Source: Schmidtea nova
Taxonomy: Eukaryota
NCBI GenBank assembly: GCA_044892505.1
Contig: CM097882.1
Location: 572,880,001 to 572,944,000 of the forward strand
Length of the DNA stretch: 64,000 bases
Reading direction: 5' to 3'
Shown: positions 57,664-64,000 of the stretch, in pieces
How positions within the stretch are numbered: the stretch's first letter is position 1
Layout: every line of letters starts with the position of its first letter
Notes under the pieces: generated by a model
What the model saw: the letters and a program-made list of their open reading frames with translations, nothing else
Databases searched by the model: none
What the model was told of the DNA's origin: nothing
Position numbers and translations under genes: made by a program

Positions 57664-59112
57664 ATGGAGCAGATACAATGGGCCAGAGAAACGTACGACA
57701 GCTATCTGAAGATGATGAGAAATCATGCCGGCCAAAGAAGATTCCAGATAGTCAACAATTTGCAAATTCCAAATTATCTAAGGTTGGACGACAGAAAAAT
57801 GAAAGTCCAAGTATTCACTATAGACAGAAAATCAAAATTTCAAATGACAAAGGAACTAAAAATATCAGATAAAGACGAATACTATATCCACGTCATCAGA
57901 GGGACGGTGGAAATTCTAGACGAAAATGATCAAATATGGTGGGAGATCAAAAAACTTTCGTCATGGAAAATCAAGGAGCCAGCAATCGGGAAAATATTAC
58001 GAGCAGCAAACGAGGATGCCACAATTGTAGTGGAAACAAGGATCAAAAACGAAATTGATGATGTACCCAGCGAGGAGCCAATGCAGAAAGAAAATCTTGA
58101 ACTCCTACAAATAACAAAGGAAATGTTAAAAAGAAAATTGTCCTTTATTCGGAGGGAAATGGGTATAGAAGAAATTCGGAACAAAATATTGTTCATTGAT
58201 GCCGAATATGGAACCAGCATGACTGGAAAGATGATTCCCTTGGCGGTGGCCATTATGAACTATTACGGGAAAGTTGTGAAAAATGTCTTCTTAACACCTA
58301 GAGGAAGACTCAAACATTTCAATTCAAACATCCATGGAATAACGGAGGTGGCGAGCCGAAATCAAAAAGACCAGTACGAAGAGATGAAGGAAATCCAAAA
58401 ACTGACAATCGGGAAAATACTCGTAGGACATGACCTACATGCAGAATTACAATTCCTAGGGATATGGGTAAATCATCTTTATGGCATACGGGATCTAGCT
58501 ACTGCTCAAGCGTTGCAATTGAAAGGAGTGACAAGAAGAGGGGAATGGTATAAGCTCAAAACCATAATGAAGGAACTCTATGGAGAAGAGATGCAAATGG
58601 GTATTCACTCAGCTTTAGAGGACGTCAAAAGCATTCGGAAGATATATTTGGGACTAGAAAACCTTTGGATCGATGATATATCAATGCCTAAGATAGGGCC
58701 ATCAAAAAAGTATTCATTGCAAGAATATAAAACTAGGCAACATATGGAATCGATATCTGAAATTCCCAGATTAGAAAGAACGATAATGATCGTAGACGAG
58801 ACAAACATGGAAGTGGATGAAATAGATACAGGAACAGAAAAGAGTAATCAAAAGTTGAAATGGGCAACTGAAATGTATTTAGAGGAGATTGAAGAGAATT
58901 GCGAATGGATGGAATCCACAAAATTAACAAGAATCCAATTATCGATGGAATATGGCCCAATGGAACAAAAGGAGGATCGCAAAAGGAAAGCTTCAGCATC
59001 CAACGTCGACGTCGGGGAAACAATGACCATCAACGGGGTGGTGTATGAAAAAGAAGAAACAATTATCAGATATCGAAATGGGGCAAAGCGGCTGGAAATG
59101 AAAATGAACTAA
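57664..59112 (+). CDS. ORF2, 482 aa, with a central REX4/ISG20-like DEDDh 3'-5' exonuclease domain (~58186-58650)
   Basis: FIDAEYG (Exo I), IHGIT, KILVGHDLHAEL (Exo II), IRD, YKLKT, MQMGIHSALED (Exo III). Confidence 0.85.
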   Translation: MEQIQWARETYDSYLKMMRNHAGQRRFQIVNNLQIPNYLRLDDRKMKVQVFTIDRKSKFQMTKELKISDKDEYYIHVIRGTVEILDENDQIWWEIKKLSSWKIKEPAIGKILRAANEDATIVVETRIKNEIDDVPSEEPMQKENLELLQITKEMLKRKLSFIRREMGIEEIRNKILFIDAEYGTSMTGKMIPLAVAIMNYYGKVVKNVFLTPRGRLKHFNSNIHGITEVASRNQKDQYEEMKEIQKLTIGKILVGHDLHAELQFLGIWVNHLYGIRDLATAQALQLKGVTRRGEWYKLKTIMKELYGEEMQMGIHSALEDVKSIRKIYLGLENLWIDDISMPKIGPSKKYSLQEYKTRQHMESISEIPRLERTIMIVDETNMEVDEIDTGTEKSNQKLKWATEMYLEEIEENCEWMESTKLTRIQLSMEYGPMEQKEDRKRKASASNVDVGETMTINGVVYEKEETIIRYRNGAKRLEMKMN

Positions 59113-62021
59113 AATTATATTAATTATATATGTGATTATTTATAAATAAATTTAGTAATTCTGTCTCAGTTCGTTAAAATGGCGCCCACCGGTCAAACCC
59201 CCACAACAAAAAAAAATTTTTTTTTTAATAAATAAATAAAACACAAAAAAGAATTGAATAAATAAAAATTCTGAAGCTAAATAAAAACCAACAACCTTTA
59301 ATCACCGGGGGTGTACTCTCCTGGACANNNNNNNNNNNNNNNNNNNNNNNNNNNNNNNNNNNNNNNNNNNNNNNNNNNNNNNNNNNNNNNNNNNNNNNNN
59401 NNNNNNNNNNNNNNNNNNNNNNNNNNNNNNNNNNNNNNNNNNNNNNNNNNNNNNNNNNNNNNNNNNNNNNNNNNNNNNNNNNNNNNNNNNNNNNNNNNNN
59501 NNNNNNNNNNNNNNNNNNNNNNNNNNNNNNNNNNNNNTCATTATACGGTCACTATAAGTGCGATATCAAAAGATAATTTCGATCCTTATAAGTAGTATAT
59601 ACAATGATTAAAATTCAGGACGAAATAAAAACAAAAAACTCTAAATCAATCTCCCTGAGTAGTGATTGAAAGTTGTCAATTATTATATTATAGTTATTAA
59701 TCAGATTATTGGTATTATATCGTCAAAGGGATGATGGAATCAATAAAACAAACATTGGCAAAAAAAAAATAAATAAATAAATAAAACAGAATAAAATAAT
59801 AATAAAATGAAATTATCATAAATATCATAAAAGCATAAGGCGAAGACAGTTATTATTAAATTCATCAACATTGTGATCACATTATTAGAATATCACTCTA
59901 TTATCATTAGTAGTATAAGGGGCATTATCATTATTATTATTATTATTGTTGTTGTTGTCATTGTTGCTATATGATGACAATTTTAAATCTAAATAAAAAC
60001 CAACAGCCCTTAATCGCCGGGATCATACTCTCCTGGACAGCGATTGAGGGTTGCCAGTTATTATTGTTATTATTATTATTATTATTATTATTGTTATTAT
60101 TATCATTATTATTATTATTATTAATTGATAGTATTGTTAATTTTTCAATAATTAATTTTTCCAATAATAGTTTATTAAAGATTTATCGAGGCCCTCTACA
60201 CATATACTAGTCAGCTTGTTAAGGGAAATCTGTCTAAGGTCAGATCCTGCTTAGTCGACACACACCAACACAGGATTTTTGCCTTTCGATGAGAATTTTC
60301 CCCATACACCGACATATTATCTATCTTTAAAGTATCATTGATATTAAAAACTAGGAAAATAAAAGGATTTTCAAAAAATTATTAATTAATTTACAAAAAA
60401 AATCAATTATTCTGTCAAAATTATTTTGACTTTTCATTCAATTTTTGACAATCTGAAATTAAAATATATCGATATAAAATAGTCGCAAATATCAATTTTT
60501 AATCAATATTTCTATTTTAGTACTAGTCAATTGTGACAGCTGTAGTCGCGTCTTTTCTGAGAGCTTTTCATCACTTTTCAATATTAAAAATTTAAAAAAA
60601 AAAATAAATAAATAATAAACAAAATATATATAAATATGTATAAGTATAAAAAGAGTATACGTATATATATATATATGTATATGTATATGTATGAGTATAG
60701 GTGTATATATATGAATATATAGATAAAAGTCAATTAAATAAAATGAAATAAAATTTACTTATTGTTATTATAAATGATATTTTCAAAATTTCAAAATGAA
60801 TAATAATTGAAATTCATAAACTTTCCCCTGGTTTTCTAAATAAGAAATTAATTCGTTTCTGGAAATACTATTAATTAACACATATCATCGCCAAATTGTC
60901 TATAATGAATCGGCTTTTCAAGATGACTAAATATAAAATGAAGCCTCGAGTAAGTTTGCGAGCAATGATCGATTGATATTCCGTCTGATCACTAGTCTGC
61001 GGGGGGATACATGGAACCAGATGGTGGACAGGTTCTGGATTGATGATGTGCACGGGTAATACGATGATCCCATATGGTAGCATTAGTTGAAATTGCCATT
61101 TCATGGTCTTTATGATCAATTATTGCTGCCTTTGTGTCTACAATGTCGGAAATATCGATAATGACGCAGCCGCTACTCCAGTAATTATTTTCCTCGACGA
61201 TTATAAAATAATGAGAGAAAAAATTCTTTCGCGTCGCTTATATTTGCGGCGCCCTCTCTCATCTTTGGGAATTAACTGAATTTGATCTCGCAATTATTCT
61301 CTGTAGAATGACAGTCCCAAAATCTAATTATCTTCCAAGCTGAGAGTAATTGAATTTCAGTGACGGTTCGAATTTTTACCCGTTACTATATCAACCAAAA
61401 AAAAATGAAATTTAATAACAGTTCTTGAATAATTTTGTTGACATTTTCCTATGCGCATTTTTCGTGTTCTTCATCTACGAAAATTAATTGCATTTCGCTC
61501 CAGAATTTTCCCTGGAGAATTTATATTGAATCATTAATAGAAAGCACGAGTTTGCAGATGCCCAATCTTAGAATTTGATTTTATGAAAAGAATTCGGANN
61601 NNNNNNNNNNNNNNNNNNNNNNNNNNNNNNNNNNNNNNNNNNNNNNNNNNNNNNNNNNNNNNNNNNNNNNNNNNNNNNNNNNNNNNNNNNNNNNNNNNNN
61701 NNNNNNNNNNNNNNNNNNNNNNNNNNNNNNNNNNNNNNNNNNNNNNNNNNNNNNNNNNNNNNNNNTGGTTATTATTATTAATATTAGTACTATCATTAGT
61801 ACTGNNNNNNNNNNNNNNNNNNNNNNNNNNNNNNNNNNNNNNNNNNNNNNNNNNNNNNNNNNNNNNNNNNNNNNNNNNNNNNNNNNNNNNNNNNNNNNNN
61901 NNNNNNNNNNNNNNNNNNNNNNNNNNNNNNNNNNNNNNNNNNNNNNNNNNNNNNNNNNNNNNNNNATTGTTAGGAGGTATGATCAAAAATATGTGTATAT
62001 GTAGATTCGAGGACGAATCTT

Positions 62022-62037
62022 GAAAATAAAGGGGAGA
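62022..62037 (+). promoter_or_regulatory. Polypurine tract
   Basis: gaaaataaaggggaga lies 2 nt before the 3' LTR. Confidence 0.85.
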
Positions 62038-62039
62038 TA

Positions 62040-62893
62040 TGTTGGGGTTGTTATAATCACAGAAAATAAAATTAAAATTGCACAAATCAATAAAAATATA
62101 AAAATTGGAAAAATAATAATTAATGTTCAAACATTAATTAAAAACTTTACAAAAAATTAAAATAAAGTTTGAGCGGGGGAAACTGGTATGGGAAGATGCC
62201 AAATGAGGAGACGAATTCAAATATGGGTATATAAAATTGAAATAGGACCCCCAGAAAGAGAAATTAAGAAAATACAAATTAATTAAAAAATAATTAATCG
62301 TCTAATGGAAAACCCGAGCCAATGGGAAACCCGAGCCTATGGGAAACCCGAGCGATGGGGGAAACCCGGGGCATCAACAAAATCATTTAATTATCGAAAT
62401 AAATTTAATGCCCCGAGAAGAGACGAAAAACCATTAGCGGCGAAACTCAATTAGGCGGCGGTCAAACAAATTTAATTATCTCATTTTCTCCAAATCCAAT
62501 TAAGCCGACAGGATGACAACAAAAAAATAGTATATAAACGGAGAGCAAATTGCCGATATCGCCATTTGGTCAAAGACAAAGTTTCGAGGCCAACCGATTG
62601 AAGAATAAAAGTAGGCAACGTGAATCAAATCGTTAGAAGACATTTGAAGGAGACGTCGAAAGAAAACCAAAAGTAGAGTTTATACTTAATCTATTGCGTG
62701 TCAGAGAGGGAGATATCCCATTGGGTGTTCTACCCTCACGCGAAGAGTGCAGAACCGGCGTAACTTTTTGTGATAAAAAGAGTTGTGATCAATTGACAAA
62801 TAAAGAAAGTTATTGTGTTAGGTCTTGTTTATTTTGTAATTGAAAGAGAACACCGGAGTCAGAAACTACCGACTTAACACCAATAACCCAACA
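62040..62893 (+). repeat. 3' LTR
   Basis: Direct repeat of 45925-46778, followed by the TSD AAAG. Confidence 0.97.
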
Positions 62894-64000
62894 AAAGGAT
62901 CCATTTCAAATAAACGTAACATATCAAAAAGTACAACAAAATTATTAAAATCATGTCACCACAGTATCAAAGTGTTCGGATTATTTAAAAATTGGCCGCA
63001 GTTTTACTTCACAAATCCTTTAGTCAAATTGAATGTTAACTTGATCGGTCAGATGCGTCTAAAACGAATATTACCTCAATTGTGAACATTAAAACATTAA
63101 TTCCCAGAGGAAACAAAACTAAATAATCTCAAAAAAGCAAAGATTTTCATTCATTCTTTCACACATAATTCTTTAAAAAAAACTGAACACCGCTTAATCC
63201 AGATTCCTTAGCACAGAAGGCTGCCGTTAATCTACTGTCATACTCCCCTAAATTTCGGCTCACGAACAGCATTTTATTTTTATTATTACTGAAAATCTTT
63301 AATTTGCCTTACTCCACTCGAGAAAAATGCGTTCGGGTACAGACCTCTCATTAATAAATGAAATTTGTGTTTAATTTAAATTAGAAAGATAATAGAAAAT
63401 CTTTAGATTTTAAAATTTTGTCGAAGCGTAAGCAACGGCAGGTTTCGAGACAGCTGATTTTCCAAGACAATAGGCTAAAAAATCATGGGAATTATTAAAA
63501 TCTTTAAACCATATGAGAGTTAAACACCTCAACAAATTCTCGGTTGAATAGAGTCGAAATATTATATAAGTTTAAAATCTATATATCCAATGCTAATTAA
63601 GCGAACATCAAAAATGCAAGATTTTGATTGGGTCATTTATATTATAGAAAATAAGTTTCTATATGTTGTGCCTATTGATTTTATGTATCTAATTTTAGAA
63701 ATGTGATTCTTGGGAATCAGAAATCGGAATACACCCTATAACGATGACTAGCATCCTCTATAATGCTAGTTGGTGTGTGTATTCATGATTACTCATGAAT
63801 TTTCTTTGTTTTAAGTAAGATATTTACTTAAATTTATCATTCAAATGACTTTTTTTAGTAATGTATGAACATGCGAAAGGATTTATATTCGAAAAAAAGT
63901 AAGAAACTATATTAAAATTTATTATTTTATTACATTAATAACATTAATATCCAGAGATATCTATTTTTTTGCATCATTTTGGACTTTTTCAAAAATCGAA

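Larger units (their letters stand above)
45925..62893 (+). mobile_element. Full-length ~17 kb Ty3/Gypsy-type LTR retroelement with envelope and accessory domains (endogenous-retrovirus-like)
   Basis: Two 854-bp LTRs (TGTTGGG...CCCAACA), 4-bp TSD AAAG (45921-45924, 62894-62897), PBS, PPT, PR-RT-RH-IN order. Three N-gaps in the 3' region make the exact length uncertain. Confidence 0.97.

Noticed and set aside
47086-59033. Short minus-strand and alternative-frame ORFs overlapping the polyprotein and ORF2
   Set aside because: No recognisable motifs. Expected shadows of long coding sequence.
60871-61119. 82-aa minus-strand ORF inside the large element as a third gene
   Set aside because: Non-ATG start in the track and no motif. 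Kept only as part of the unresolved 3' region finding.
1-64000. Prokaryotic, phage or giant-virus origin of the window; rRNA or tRNA genes
   Set aside because: The TE content, microsatellites and eEF2/aldolase/ubiquitin fragments are eukaryotic. No rRNA or tRNA gene was recognised; the tRNA match is only the PBS.

Overview
AT-rich eukaryotic (probably invertebrate) draft-assembly DNA with several N-gaps, made up almost entirely of nested transposons, plus two intact intronless HAD-phosphatase ORFs. The main object is a young, full-length ~17 kb Ty3/Gypsy-type LTR element at 45925-62893. It has 854-bp LTRs with three mismatches seen by eye, an AAAG target-site duplication (TSD), a tRNA-Trp-type primer-binding site (PBS) and a polypurine tract (PPT). 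Its single 3367-aa ORF reads: Gag with four CCHC knuckles, two ubiquitin-like domains, a Bcl-2-like domain, a signal/TM segment, a chuvirus-type fusion glycoprotein, TM, protease, RT, RNase H, integrase, a second signal, a second N-glycosylated ectodomain, and a TM with short tail. A separate ORF2 encodes a REX4/ISG20-like DEDDh exonuclease. It looks like an enveloped retrovirus-like element with env placed between gag and pol and carrying candidate host-modulating cargo. About seven diverged solo-LTR-like relatives lie upstream. The window also holds a near-intact hAT transposon and its internal-deletion derivative, decayed hAT, Charlie-type, mariner, Penelope-like and BEL/Pao elements, several MITE families, a foldback element, and fragments of eEF2, aldolase and ubiquitin around the BEL element. 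All homology calls come from motif recognition by eye. No searches or computations were run.
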